A stretch of 64,000 bases of DNA from Catajapyx aquilonaris. Its lineage: Eukaryota. The notes under the pieces were generated by a model. That model was given only the letters and a program-made list of their open reading frames with translations, did no database searches and was not told the DNA's origin. Location: the NCBI GenBank assembly GCA_000934665.2, contig JYFJ02001494.1, positions 1 through 64,000 on the forward strand. The letters are read 5' to 3'. Numbering within the stretch: the stretch's first letter is position 1; each line of letters opens with the position of its first letter. Positions 12,691 through 25,971 of the stretch are shown here, one piece after another. The translations under genes and the position numbers were made by a program.

Positions 12691-13379
12691 CTAGATCAGG
12701 ATGGTGTCTGCACATCGGTGCTGTTGGAATCAAAAACATAGTATTATAATGATAATGCGTATGCTTCGTTGCATATTTAACAACACTTGGAGTATACTCT
12801 ATAGAATGTCTAGATGATAAGTCAATAAGTGTGCACAATATGAATTGCTCCTGATCACGATATTGTGTGACAATGTGGCCGATAGTGGATTGATCAGGTC
12901 ATTATTAGTGACTTACTCTGATCACATTTTTCTGGTAATGGAGCTGGTTGAGGACTTGACCCTTGTACTGAGAGTTTGGAAGTTGGTCGTACTCGTTTTG
13001 CAGGCACTTCAAATAATGCTGCTCGTCACTTGACAGAAAAAAACACAATTATATGTAACAATGCTGAGGACCACATGACTGAATATAGGTCAACTATACT
13101 ACGAGTATGTGTGCTTGTACTCACGCGCAAACGTAAATATCTCGCAGCTCCGGATCAGATTCTTGTTCGTCGACATTGCGAGTCATGAGGTAACGTTTGT
13201 AACATTCTTCCACGCCGCCTTCCACAACAATCGCCATGGCGGCTATTCAAAGCAAAAACACTGGCACTGTTATGTATATAGGCCTACCTACAGCATAATA
13301 ATTGCAGTTACCCATCATGTTAAAACATTACGCTCATACTAACCCACAGCAGCAAAGACGAGGATATAGAGAACTTCAT
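12691..13379 (-). CDS. Secreted 4-Cys family member 3; exons 13379-13340, 13242-13125, 13028-12917, 12720-12691
   Basis: MKFSISSSLLLWVTAMAIVVEGGVEECYKRYLMTRNVDEQESDPELRDIYVCADEQHYLKCLQNEYDQLPNSQYKGQVLNQLHYQKNVIRHRCADTILI*; the exon 1 frame/donor is ambiguous. Confidence 0.8.
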
Positions 13380-14410
13380 GTTGATCACCTGATGTGTGTA
13401 ACAAAGGTATAATGGGTGTGGACCAGTTGTCCACAATATTGTGTTTTATTTGCCGCGACTTCCCTTATTAAAACGGAGTGTCACTTCCGGTTACCTCATT
13501 GGCCTAATGACTAATTGATGAGAATATGAGACGGTTAATCGTTTCTGCCAAATGGAACTTATCCTTCGTGATGTGCTCAGTGATGTCATCAATTGCTGCG
13601 TATGATGGTCAGTCGGTGTGCTCATTATTGCAAAGTACTGCTCATTATGTAAAAGCAAAAGGGTTGAATTAATGAACTGTCTAATCATATTTATTTAAAA
13701 TGAGCACTATACTGGAAAGGGGATGATCGCATTGTTGTTCGAGCTTGCTAGATATAGTCTATATTTTTGGCAAAAAAATCAGGACTGCAGTGCCTGGAAC
13801 TTTCCGCCACCGATAGTACTATTCGATAACTATTTTAGGATTCAATCCACAGTTATTTAACATCCGGTTGCTCATCCCGCCGGTTTGTTGTATCTAAACA
13901 TTGTCGGCCCAGCCCGCAAAATTTCATGTCTAGGATGAACCCCCATCCACACAAGGCGATATTGGGACTAATAAAAGTTCAAGGTCATGCCTACACACAC
14001 ACACACACACATCCAGCCTCGATTGCTGATTGGGGAGAGTTACGCGAGAATACGCCAATACCGAAATAACTAGCAAGAGTATAGCAACACAGTATACAGG
14101 CTGCAGCGATTATAGAAATATCACCGAGGCGATCCTCACTTCCTAAATACGAATATCGCCATTTCAAATTAAGTTACTATTTATAAACTTTTATCCTGCT
14201 CTATATGTTTCGTCACATAAGTAATATATGAATTTGTGATTGTCATCGTTACCTGGACTTCAGTTTTGCAATAGTTGACGAATTAAGCTAATGCTCTTCC
14301 TTATCAATCCACCTGCAATACAACAAATTAATAAATGTTCAGCATTGAGGAATTCATCACGTTTTATTGCAGCGGTGATACATTGAGTAGTCACTTGGCT
14401 GAATGGTCTT

Positions 14411-15336
14411 CTAACGCTTGAGGTACTCGCTGCAGTGTATCTGAAAGTGAGTAAATATTTTTAAAATCATGTTGTCGGAGAGCCCTTCTTCTTCAGATGT
14501 AATATTGGCACCGAGCAATGCATAGCGGGATAAAAGCCTATATACTTATGCTCTGAACATTCCTTCGTTTACAAGTAGTTGCAGATTATCTACCAAAGAT
14601 TACTATTCATACGTATAGTTTTTGTACGATATAGCCAACATGAGTAAATCACGACCGTTGAATCCTGGTTAGACAAGTGCAATCTGGGCTAAGCCGATAT
14701 GAAGTTGGACAAGGTGTATAAATCCCATCCTTATTCTTGTCACACCACGTAACGGTCGTCACGTATATACACACCTCCAGCTGGACGCGTTGCTTTCTGA
14801 TCTGGTAACGAACGCTGTCTGGGACTGCCGAAGGATTGGCTTCAGCTGCTTCTTCCATGCAGTTCAGAAAGCCATCCATTAACCTATAGACGAAATTGCA
14901 TTATCAGATGGATGAGCATATAAAATCATCGGTAAATGGAAAACCTCGAGTTAATTGCAACCATTTACTTACTGGCATCCGGTCCTTGTCTCCAGGCGAG
15001 TGTCTTGAGCGCGACTCATTTCGTTCTGAAATCGCTGAGCGCATTCCAGCATCATGTCTCCATTCGCTTCCAGCAGCATCACGGCTGGAAACACATTCAT
15101 TACAGACTATTGGGTACATCATTATTTATTGCTTATAATATATTTCTTTACAGTGACACTAAGAAACAATGCAGCTTCTCTGTGGTAAAAGCAGCTCAAG
15201 AGTTGGCAAAATTCTCGAGAGGTCAACCGAGTTTAGTACGACCGGAACTAAATTAGACAAAAGCACCGTTGCCAAATAAGCAAATTATTGTAAATAATTC
15301 ACCTGCAACAACGATAGCAACAACGAGCAGCTTCAT
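14411..15336 (-). CDS. Secreted 4-Cys family member 4; exons 15336-15303, 15084-14973, 14883-14775, 14440-14411
   Basis: MKLLVVAIVVAAVMLLEANGDMMLECAQRFQNEMSRAQDTRLETRTGCQLMDGFLNCMEEAAEANPSAVPDSVRYQIRKQRVQLEIHCSEYLKR*. Confidence 0.88.
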
Positions 15337-15638
15337 CCTGACAGGATTCAATATTCAACACTGACTCTTTCAGATAGAAGGTTTTTTTACTCGTATATAC
15401 ACGGCACATCCCGAGGCACCACGTGACTGCGTGGGATCAGCCTTTATTTTTAAATTGTCGCGTGGCACAGGCTGGAATTATCAATAATAACTGGTTAATT
15501 TTATTTTTGGAAAAAAGAGTGAGCGGAAAGAGCGGAATAAGTGATAGGCCCCGAGTACAAGTAGACCCCTGCGAAATCATAGACTGTGATTGGTGACTTG
15601 AGAGCCGTAACCCGCACACTATACACTCTCCTTCCAAG

Positions 15639-16401
15639 ATGAAGCTGGCTTGCATTGTTGCACTACTAGTCTGTGAGTATAATAATTATATGCCATCTCT
15701 GGCAAGCACACTATAGCAACCAAAGGTCATCTGAAACTCAGAACAGTCACATTCGATGTTTTAGAAAATAATTCTTCAAGCATTACAGTGGACTGTTCAG
15801 AGAAGTGACTGGACAATGAATGAGACGGTGGATTGATCTGTTTCAGTCGTGACCATCGCTGAGGTCAGCGGGTCACTGGATGACTGCTATCGTGAGCTGC
15901 GACGGGAACGCAACTGGGCCGAGAGGGAATCGGACGGTGAGCTGGTCAACATCTACGTGTGCGCGTGAGTATAGACGATACATCGCTGAAGAATATTCTA
16001 CCAGTAGTTTCAATTAAATGGTTTAAGTGTTCAGGTAATTTGAAGAGGGTTTTGTGCATTTCCAGTGACGAGATGCAGTACTTGAAGTGCGCCGACCGGG
16101 AGTTGGCATTGCTCCCAGACTCTGCGTACAAGAGGCGTGTGGCCAACCAGGTCGAAGAGAACAGGGGTGTACTCCGGGTAAGACCACTTACTTAAAAATT
16201 GCAGTATACATGCAATGCACCGTACGACTCGTAACTAACATATTTATTGCAAGTTTAGGACTCAATGAATGCTTTGATTCGACGTAATAATATAGCAGCT
16301 ACCTATAATAGTTTCATAACTCGTGACACATTATACGTGATGTAACGGCCCAATCTTGATGTCCATTGCAGGAAAGGTGTGGTCACCTGATCAACATGTA
16401 A
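15639..16401 (+). CDS. Secreted 4-Cys family member 5; exons 15639-15672, 15847-15964, 16066-16177, 16372-16401
   Basis: MKLACIVALLVFVTIAEVSGSLDDCYRELRRERNWAERESDGELVNIYVCADEMQYLKCADRELALLPDSAYKRRVANQVEENRGVLRERCGHLINM*. Confidence 0.88.
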
Positions 16402-16787
16402 GGCACTTATTACGACGATCATGCAACATCCACGAGACAACAATGGTGTAGCTGTAGAGTTCAACCATGTAACCCTGAAATAAAGACGAGGAAAGCTCAC
16501 CGTCAGCGTGTCATTTATTTCCATATTCAATACTACATGCATGATTGCTGTAGTACACTAATCAACAACTATTAACCTATAATCCCTTTTAGAGACTCAC
16601 AGTTAGTGTTCACCACCCTTCATATCCCTGTAGGCCTATCAGGATATGAGATAATTATGAACCTAACAGATAAGCAGTATCCGAGAGAATTTCCTGGCGG
16701 CCCAAAAATACGTAATCGCCTCATTCGCCATCAGGCAAGTTATCCGGACAACCCACTGCCAACGACCACCCTCAACAATAAGTCGCA

Positions 16788-17158
16788 ATGACGTCTATCT
16801 GGATCATACTCATTGTGGCAGGTAACAATCCTCCAGTGTTGTGATTAGGTCCTATACTGATTTCCTTTAGAGCAAATTATTTGTTTGTATAGTTGCAGAA
16901 TAATTCTGGTGTTTTCGAATCACAATAATAAAATTGTCACGGGGATTGCTAATGACTTACAGGTGCGATGACTATCGGAGCTGATAGCTACATGAGTTGC
17001 ATGGAACAATACCAGATGGTGTTGCGAGAATCACGAGACGAAGGGAATTCATTGGACACCGAATCTGGATGCAGGTTTGCCACCTTTTCCAAGCGGGAAT
17101 ATAATATGGGGTCAGACAGCGCATGTTGCCCCTTTTGTGCCTTACACAACAAATAGCC

Positions 17159-17204
<46 letters not shown>

Positions 17205-17450
17205 TGTATACATGGTGTTTCCATAGGCTTCTCCAGGAGTTCATAGACTGTCTGGATGCCTCGATGTCTGAGATGAGATCAAATGAGATTCCTCATGACC
17301 TTCACTATCAGGTGGCAGCGGCCAGGAACATTCTCACGGTGGGTATATAATTATGTGATGCCTTATTAGTGCACAAATGAAACCGCCCCCTTGCAACACC
17401 TCCATCTTCAATAATTTCAGATCAACTGTTTAGGCCGTGGTTTAGGCTGA
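16788..17450 (+). CDS. Secreted 4-Cys family member 6; exons 16788-16821, 16963-17074, 17227-17338, 17421-17450
   Basis: MTSIWIILIVAGAMTIGADSYMSCMEQYQMVLRESRDEGNSLDTESGCRLLQEFIDCLDASMSEMRSNEIPHDLHYQVAAARNILTINCLGRGLG*. Confidence 0.88.
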
Positions 17451-17695
17451 TTTGCCTCATCGGGTTCAAGATGACGCTTGATGTGCATAACACGCGCCAT
17501 GACTTGTGCAAATCCCATATGCTGCATTTTATAATATTAAATCACGCAGGTAAACACCAATAAATATATCGCAAAGTTGTTGTTAAAATGTAATTTTAAT
17601 CATTTAAAAACGAGGCTGTTGCCAGTTGGTAGGTCAGGCATGTGTGTATAGTCACAGATGACAGATGTCTTCTTTTTCTGTGACGCCACAATTTC

Positions 17696-18263
17696 TTAAT
17701 CCATCAGGTACTCCAAGCAATGTTTCTGAAACAAGATGCAGCGTGGTGTGATTGGGTGTTCTTTTGTTTATTGTTACTACGCCGAACATTTCAAGTCCGT
17801 GAAATCATTCCATTACCTTAAGAGTATGGCGCCCTTTCTTGAGCCGGTCTGGCAACCCTGGAGGAATATTGTCAGCATATGGATGGTCCACAGCAAACTC
17901 CGAGCAGACCAGCAAGCGCTGGGTGGCCCTGATTGAATAATAATAACAATAACAATAATAATAATAGGCTCAGAGTGATACTGAAAAGTGTGAACCACAG
18001 TAGCTACCTGCAGAGTGATTCAACTTCTGATATGTGGTTCAGCTCCTGTTGGTACGCCTGGACGCATATTGCTAGTTCCTCATTTTCTTTCTCCTGACCC
18101 ATCATCACAGCAGCTGTCACAACAATACAAGTTTATTTAAATTATTTTAACCTTCATTGGAAGACAATACACACTTAGCCTATGATGTCTGCACCAGAAT
18201 GGCAGCATGGATGAATGCGAATGTCAGACCTGCGATGTAGAGGACAGCCAGTACTTTCAACAT
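17696..18263 (-). CDS. Secreted 4-Cys family member 7; exons 18263-18230, 18113-18008, 17928-17817, 17725-17696
   Basis: MLKVLAVLYIAAAVMMGQEKENEELAICVQAYQQELNHISEVESLCRATQRLLVCSEFAVDHPYADNIPPGLPDRLKKGRHTLKKHCLEYLMD*. Confidence 0.86.
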
Positions 18264-19180
18264 CTTGGCCCTTTTGTCTCGAATATATTGTGGACCTTGA
18301 AACAATACAGGGAGTGCTGCCACGGAGACGCGTCCATTGTTGTGGTGCGTTGCTTATTATTTGCAGGTTTCGTTTTCTGGTGCCTCTTTTACTTTGAACT
18401 GGATTTTGTAACCCCTTCGTCAGATTAGAATAAGTTTTATTGCAAATTTGGTTTAGGGCATCTAACACGTCATTGCACCGGAAGTTTGGATGGAATTACC
18501 AGTGCCAAATGGAGTTGCGAGTTTCAAGGCGATATAGCAATGCAATCACATCTCACATTATTTATACCTCCGAACTTTTTTTCAACTTCCGCTGACACTT
18601 CCTGTGTAATTTATTGTCGCATGTACTGTACGTACTGTAGATGCCCTTCATACCAAACGTACGGGTCAATAATGATGGCTGTGTCTAATATTACAGCTTG
18701 ATAGTGTGAAGTATTTTAATCATTTTTGCTGTGGAATAAACTCCAGTAGTCATGTTTGAATTATTCTGTTATGCAGCATTTTGAGTAGTTCATTCGCTAA
18801 ATTATAATATGTCAGAATTGGTATGACTTTTGGTCGTCACTGTTCGATAAAAACCTAGGAGTACCTCCTATTAATTCATGGATTGATATTATTAATAAAA
18901 TACACTCCAGAAATAACTAATAAATATATTTATTGACGAATAGCCATTTATTAATTATTATAAGCTTACAACATACTTGTGCATATACCCATTTAGAAAT
19001 GTGGTGAGGTGTCTGTTGCTGAAAAAGTAGATACCTGGGAAGGAAAAGGTGCTGCTAATGGAGGCAGTTATGCGCCCCCTCCCCTGAAAAAAAGGTGATT
19101 AAATGACACTATTGTAAGTACTGTTGCTCTGCTTTTATTTCGATAATGAGACAGACTCTGAAATAATCATGAAGCCATGT

Positions 19181-20268
19181 TTAGCGCACGTGTCCTTGGC
19201 ACTGGGCCTGGAAAGAAATTAAACAAAATTATTATTTTCAAGAGAATCAGTCGAAAACTGCAAGTGACGAGTAGTAAGACGTTAATTGTGATTAACTGAC
19301 CCTGAGCTCCTGCCGTCCTTCTGCGAGCTTCTCCCTGAGGCCTGCTGGCACATCCCAAGAGTTCATGTTATTGGCTGCTGCTTCCACGCAATCGAAGAAT
19401 TCCTTGGTCACTCTGCCAAGAGAAAAAGACCAATATAAGAATTTATTTGGAGCAGGACTTGAAAAATGAATTCAATAGTACGATTTGTGGTTATTTTCCC
19501 TGCTGGATTCAATAAACGATGTAACATTGATTTACGGACCACAATGTGGGATTTTTTTATGGCTTAAAAGAAGAAGTCACCGTGGCATCCAAGCATAAAC
19601 ATAATATCATCAATGGCTATTATGCTGATTCAAATGGAATTTAACTTATTTATTCTAAGAATTCGCCGGAATTTTCATTACACTACCTGCAATTGCTGGC
19701 AATAATGCTGAATACCAAATGGTGCCGTTTTTTCCGAAATTTAAATAAATACGTTCCCTATATTAATGAGAACATGACAGGTCGCAATGAATGACTCCTG
19801 AATCTTAGAGAATTGGAACTTGGTGTAAGATGAGTGTACGTTATGCCAAAAAAATAAATAGCCTGTGAGAAGCTAATTCCACCAAGGAAATCTCACGGGT
19901 TGAAATCCACTAGAAACTATAACAGGATGATTTTAAAGTTTGCCGAAGTGGTGACTTATAGATGACACAGAACTATATATTATATCGGAGGGGTTAAAGA
20001 CAGTACCGGCAAGCGGCTGAGATGCTGGACACTTGGTTGACGGCAGATTCGAATGTGCGGACGCATTGCTGCATCCTAGCCATCTGACCTTCGGCTTCGA
20101 AGGACACAGCGGCTGGAAGAGGAAGAATTATTATGAAGGGTTATTCATATTAGGTGGCACAAAAGAAAAGTTGGACAATATTATTAACGAAGGAGATGAT
20201 AGTTACTTGACTTATGCAGCACAATAACACTTACCGATCAGGCAAAGGACGAGAAGGACCTTCATCAT
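19181..20268 (-). CDS. Secreted 4-Cys family member 8; exons 20268-20235, 20112-20007, 19412-19301, 19207-19181
   Basis: MMKVLLVLCLIAAVSFEAEGQMARMQQCVRTFESAVNQVSSISAACRVTKEFFDCVEAAANNMNSWDVPAGLREKLAEGRQELRAQCQGHVR*. Confidence 0.88.
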
Positions 20269-21394
20269 GTTTAGGCTATGGCTATTCACAGTCTAAAAAA
20301 TCTGATTGCTCAATAAGCTTTATATAGTGTGCGACATATCATGTGACCCACAAAGAAAATGTCACAAAATCTGGGAGGATGGGACTATAGCAGGGGATAT
20401 CTGCGAATAGCGTTTCGCAGTCCGGACGGAAGCTAATGGCGATTGTCGTTGCGATTAGTCCGACGGCGATAAACCCGTCCGGAAGGTCCGCTCTATATCT
20501 AGCAGTTCCAGAAGCCACTAATTCCTCGTTTAATCGAGGTTCTAATAATTGATACATTGGACATAGCGGGTGGTCCGTAGGGATTATGACCAATCTACAG
20601 TCCCCCGCTGTCGTGAAGAGCTGCTATCATGTTAATAACTTATCATTGCTATCAAGAATGGAGAATCGCAACACTTTTGCATCCGGAGTTAATGTTTTTT
20701 ACATTGACGAATGCTGATGACATACCCTTTCAATATTATACTCAACCTAAGCAGCCTCAGGGATGAAATACAAGTTTCATATAATATACGTACACGGTAC
20801 ACCTCAGTATACTGACTGAATAGGTGCCGATAGCCGATGACACTTCAGCATAAATTTATTCACGTTTCATAATGTCATTATTTGAAATGTGTAGGTCTAC
20901 ACTTGTGAGATTTGAATTATAGCCTACCTATATAAGTAAACACTTGAAAGTATACCCGCGTTCGTTATTCACTGATCATCCACCACTTGACGTGTCGACA
21001 GCTATAACTTCTGCTCGACACGTCTTTCACAAGAATACTTTTTTGGGGGGCAGCACTATCCAGGTTACTTGGAAAAGGTACATAATTATTATACATACAT
21101 AAATGACAACATTATTCCCTGCCAATACAATACTGTAGGTTGAAAATTGATACATCTTGTTCAACCACTAAAATAGCCTGAAAATTACTACACTTTTCTG
21201 GAAAATATCTGCCAGTGATTTCAGCATTTGTCATATTATGATATAATTATTTTGTTAACACAAACAACATCATTATATGCGTCCACTCAATATGAAATAA
21301 TCAGAGTCGAATGTAATTTTGTTTAAGAAATGTTAAAGGCATTGATGAAGTTTGATGTTATGAAGGTGCCAATATTTTGCACCACTCTCTTATA

Positions 21395-21830
21395 CAGGGT
21401 GTATCTGAACTCAGTGCCCCGACATATATGACTGCCTTCCTAGCCACCAGAGGATCAACTTATGTAGAGGAGTCATTATGTCTGGGCAGCCTCATTACTG
21501 AGATACACTCTTTAGCGATTTTTGCCTAATCGCTCCTTCTGACTTTTAAATAGAATTTTCTGGTGCAACTAGCCAAAGAGGCCTTACCACCTGTGGGCAA
21601 CAAACCAACAAAGTCCGGCCACCAGACCTTCCAGAGCCTTCTGACTGGGGCAGGGTTCGATGGGTGGCCTAACGCCCTAACCGACAGGATATTTTGTACT
21701 ATACATGTTTGCGGCCAATTATCTCCGTAATGAGGCTGCCCAGACATAATGACTCCTATACTTAAATCGATCCTCTGGTGACTAGGAAGGCAGTCATATA
21801 CGTCGGGGCACTGAGTTCAGATACACCCTG
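21395..21830. mobile_element. Tc1/mariner-type MITE
   Basis: ~110-bp TIRs starting CAGGGTG, flanked by TA. Confidence 0.85.
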
Positions 21831-22879
21831 TATAGGCGTTCTATACAGTGTTGAGGAGCGGTTTGTCATCCTGGAAAGTATGCATCCTGACCTATAAACT
21901 GTATACTTCGCCGCATGGCAGCTGGTATTGGGGTGCGTAGTACTGTAGGTATTGAACAGTTATAATAATAATAATAATAATAATAATATAATAATAATAA
22001 TAATAATTTTCTTTGACACACGTGGATCTGGAACTATTTTGTCGCTATAAAACTCAATATGATTGAAACGATAATTGTAAAAAATTCTGCTCGGGAAGAA
22101 GACTTCTGGTCATTTCAGAGGATTCGAAGGGTTTTCGATATATATTTCTTGGTACGAAATTCAGCCTCTCTTTGTAATAATTTATTATTATTGAATTAGG
22201 CGCCGTTTATAATCGTATGGTAGCACTTAAGTACTCTTCTCCGTTATGAGTCGGAGTATGTATTTTGCATTTACTGGGCACTTTTACAACGAGCTCCGTT
22301 TAAGTATACACGCCCCCTCTAGAGAATTAATTTCATCCTTGGAGTTAATTGTAGTTTTCCAGCATTGGATACACATGCACAAAGAGTGGGATCTGACATT
22401 TCAAGCTGTTATAACTACGATTATGTTGCTTATTCTGGCGACTGTTTCGTCATTACATCCTCAGGAAACGCGCGGCCGGGTGATATCTGAGCCTTTGGTT
22501 AATCATGCGCAAAACATCATTCAGCAGGTCAGGCCAAGCGCGATGACCTTGAAAGATGATTACAAGTGCCATAGGGTCATTAGCTTTTTGAAGTGAGCCG
22601 GCACGTGCCATATTGCAGTTTATGCACAAGATTTCATGAAAAGTGCCTCATCAGTCATCAGGAAATAGAGAATAGACAGGAACCGGCTGTGTTATCAAAT
22701 CGACTCGGCAAGCATTTTTTAAAAAATAAAGATGGGGAGGGGTGGGGGGAAGGAAACACAAACGTGTGGACAGCCGCTGACAGCACAACACATGACTCGA
22801 TATTTGGTATTGGCTGACACACACCAGTTGCTAAAAAGCAGTCCAATCCTAATTAGAAGTCTGAAGAAGCTTCGCCACT

Positions 22880-25003
22880 ATGATTGTGACGCTGTTCTTC
22901 GTCGCTTTGATCGGTGAGTACCTACTACTAAAAATCACAACTGAGTTTTTAAGGCAGGTTGTCCGAAGTGACCGTTTTGGGCCATCACTTGATCGTTGCA
23001 ATGATGTCAATTGATTCAAAGAGTATCAGTTGGAAGTATTACATCTTCCTTGCATCCGGCCTACTGCTTTAAGTGGGCAGACTATATTCAAAGGCAAGTA
23101 AATCGAGTGCCAATTATTCGTGGCAACAGAATGTGACGACATCTTTCCGACAGGAAAGGATGTTCATGTGACATTCAGATAGCGACGTAATTCATCTGCC
23201 CACGTACAAGTCATTTTGTAACGGAAAAGATGAACGTGCTGGCTATACACTCCGTTTTTTACACGAGCAACACTCTACTCCACGGTGCACAGGTCGTAAG
23301 CTCGAAACTCTTCCAAAAATATTAGTATCTACACCATTCCATCTACTGTCCTTCCATATGTCAAAAAACGTTCGGGGAAATTTTATGCTGACACTCTATA
23401 AGACACAGGAAGAAGTTAATATGAGAAAAAGGGCATCTTGCTAAGGTTCTGACAGTAGTAGCTAAAGCAACATGGCACATTATTATTTGTCCAAAACTCT
23501 TTTTGTAAAAAACATGCAGAACATATCGAGCATGGCAACAAAGACGACACTTAGTCTATACTGCAACATGGCAACATCGCAGATCAGAGCGATTGTCGTG
23601 TCGATGTTACTACTGTTGATGAAATAATATTTTAAAGAAATATTGACTATAGTTTCTTACTTATAACTAATTATTCCTAATTCCTAATTATTATAATTAA
23701 GATTTATTCCGACCGTGCCAACAATAATAAGGGCCTTGCATACGAGGCAAATGCATAATATATTGTAAATACGGACAGCTAGGGTAATGCCACATAATGT
23801 AATGACATCGTGTAAAATAACTGCTACGTCACCATTGACTCCTTAGGAAGTTGAGACAGCTCAAGTAACCTCTCCCATCGCAATTCTATATAAATTGCTC
23901 GAAAGCAAACTGTGCCCCATAACACATAATAATAATTATAGCCTATAATAGCTTTGATGGTTTCATATCCAGTTAATGTCCAGAGCATTCGTGAATATAT
24001 TTACTGCAGTTTCCCCGTTTCTGGAGGTCGAAGGTGACATCCAGGATTGCATGAAGACACTCAGCGACGAGCTTGGTCCCATCTCTCATGATGGAGACAG
24101 CGTGAATATCCGCACCGTCTGTCGGTAAGACACTCGCAGACATAACAATATAATAGTTTTCTTATTATTATTATGGCTCCATATATAATTTTGCATGATC
24201 ACCGCATTATTCGTGTTACAGCTTGGCATTGTTAACTCCTGCTGGGCCGGTTGTTTATTGCAGGATTCAGGAGAGATTTTTCGAGTGTACTGACCAGCTG
24301 AGTGACCAGCTGACCGAGTCTCAACTGATGAGTCTGGAGCCCCTCCGAAGAGCCCATCTGGTCGGTATATATAGCGGCAGTGTATTGTTCCCAATGCATT
24401 GTTGATGTTTTACTCTGGAGAAGGGAAAGGGAGATCGGGGTGAGACAGTTGTATGCAAACTGAAAAATCCATACTATAGTTTAAAATGTGGGACATCACC
24501 TAATATTCTGAAAGGCTTACCTCACGTCAAGAGAGCTAACTAACTTTTAAATGTTAATGTGCGTGCAAAATGTCAATTATTTTAATAAGATTTACATCAG
24601 ATTCAGCATGTTTGCAGCTGCAGGCAATAATAATTTCCCTTGTCTAATAATAATTTATGGATAAAGTCATGCAGTGTATACAGGTACTGGTTTGGATGTG
24701 CAATATGATCATCAAACAGTTGCGGAATTCAAATATTTCATACTAATATTATTAAATAAGGTTCACAATTACTTGCCCATCCATTAATTACATTGCAATG
24801 TACAATATACATCATTAGTTTTCTGCTACAGCCGAGTAAAAATTTTGAACTTCAGTTTGCAAACAGGCGTTGCAAGCTAATGATGAATATAAGGACATTA
24901 TGCTGCAGTTATACACCTTATTATTCTTACTCATTGATTTGAATCCGCGGTTATACATTTTCTATTATAGGAAGTATGCGGGGGCACATCAGATGGCAAC
25001 TAA
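22880..25003 (+). CDS. Secreted 4-Cys family member 9; exons 22880-22913, 24010-24124, 24264-24360, 24971-25003
   Basis: MIVTLFFVALIVSPFLEVEGDIQDCMKTLSDELGPISHDGDSVNIRTVCRIQERFFECTDQLSDQLTESQLMSLEPLRRAHLEVCGGTSDGN*. Confidence 0.84.
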
Positions 25004-25971
25004 GACTATACGCAGACACTACAGTCACCAGACAGAAAAACTGCAAAAAGACATAGGATCTGAGACGGACGATCGAATAATCCAATCAGATGTATACGAG
25101 TTCACAACATAATGTGTGTCTAACACACATTATTATCCATGTAAATGATTGAAAATTACTTCATTACACCATACTCATCTTCTTGCTAGCACACTCAGGA
25201 ACTAAACTCTTCATACCCGCTAAATAAATGCTGCAATTAAATGGTTGTCTATTCCTGTTCAAATAGACTATATCATTCTGTTTCAAGTTCGGACATAGTT
25301 GGCCAAACGACCCAATAAATCAGACAATCACAATAGCTACAGATAAGCTTAATAATTGCTTCCTGCCTCTTTCTTTGAGTTACATAACCAGTGGTTATCC
25401 TAATAATTGCGTCAGTTAAAAAGTTGCATTTAATCGCTGTAGTTTAAAATTTAATTATGATAAAGCACCAACATACAGTGGTCATTTTTTATATTTAATA
25501 GTACATATTTGGAGAGAAATTGTTCTCGTGACATAAGCCAACAGCAGTGATGCCCTCGGCATTATTATTCAGGGAGGGACTAATCATGACGCAGAGGACT
25601 TTTATTAATAATACGTTGTTCTCCATAATATAAAATTGAACAAGGGTCCCAAAAAATGATCTCTACATTACTGATAATATTCGTGGTGCCTATAATAATA
25701 TGCCTGGATACACTCATATGTGCAGCTGAATGTGCTGAATGTGCAGCATCACCTGCCTTTAATCTAAAGTGTAACACTATATACACGATACCGCAAATGA
25801 CGCACGTGCCTCAAAAATATCCAGCCTACGACAATGGCACATCTCGACACAGTAAGTACCTGCTCGTTATCATCGCCATTGAAACGCAGGGGGAAAAATA
25901 AAAAAAACCGAATAAGCCTTGACTCGTGACCTGCAATTGTTTTTTTCGTTGGCGACAATTCCTCTCGGGAC

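Noticed and set aside
16178..16234. Alternative exon 4 (YTCNAPYDS*) for member 5 after a 27-nt intron
   Set aside because: The intron is implausibly short, and 16372-16401 fits equally well.
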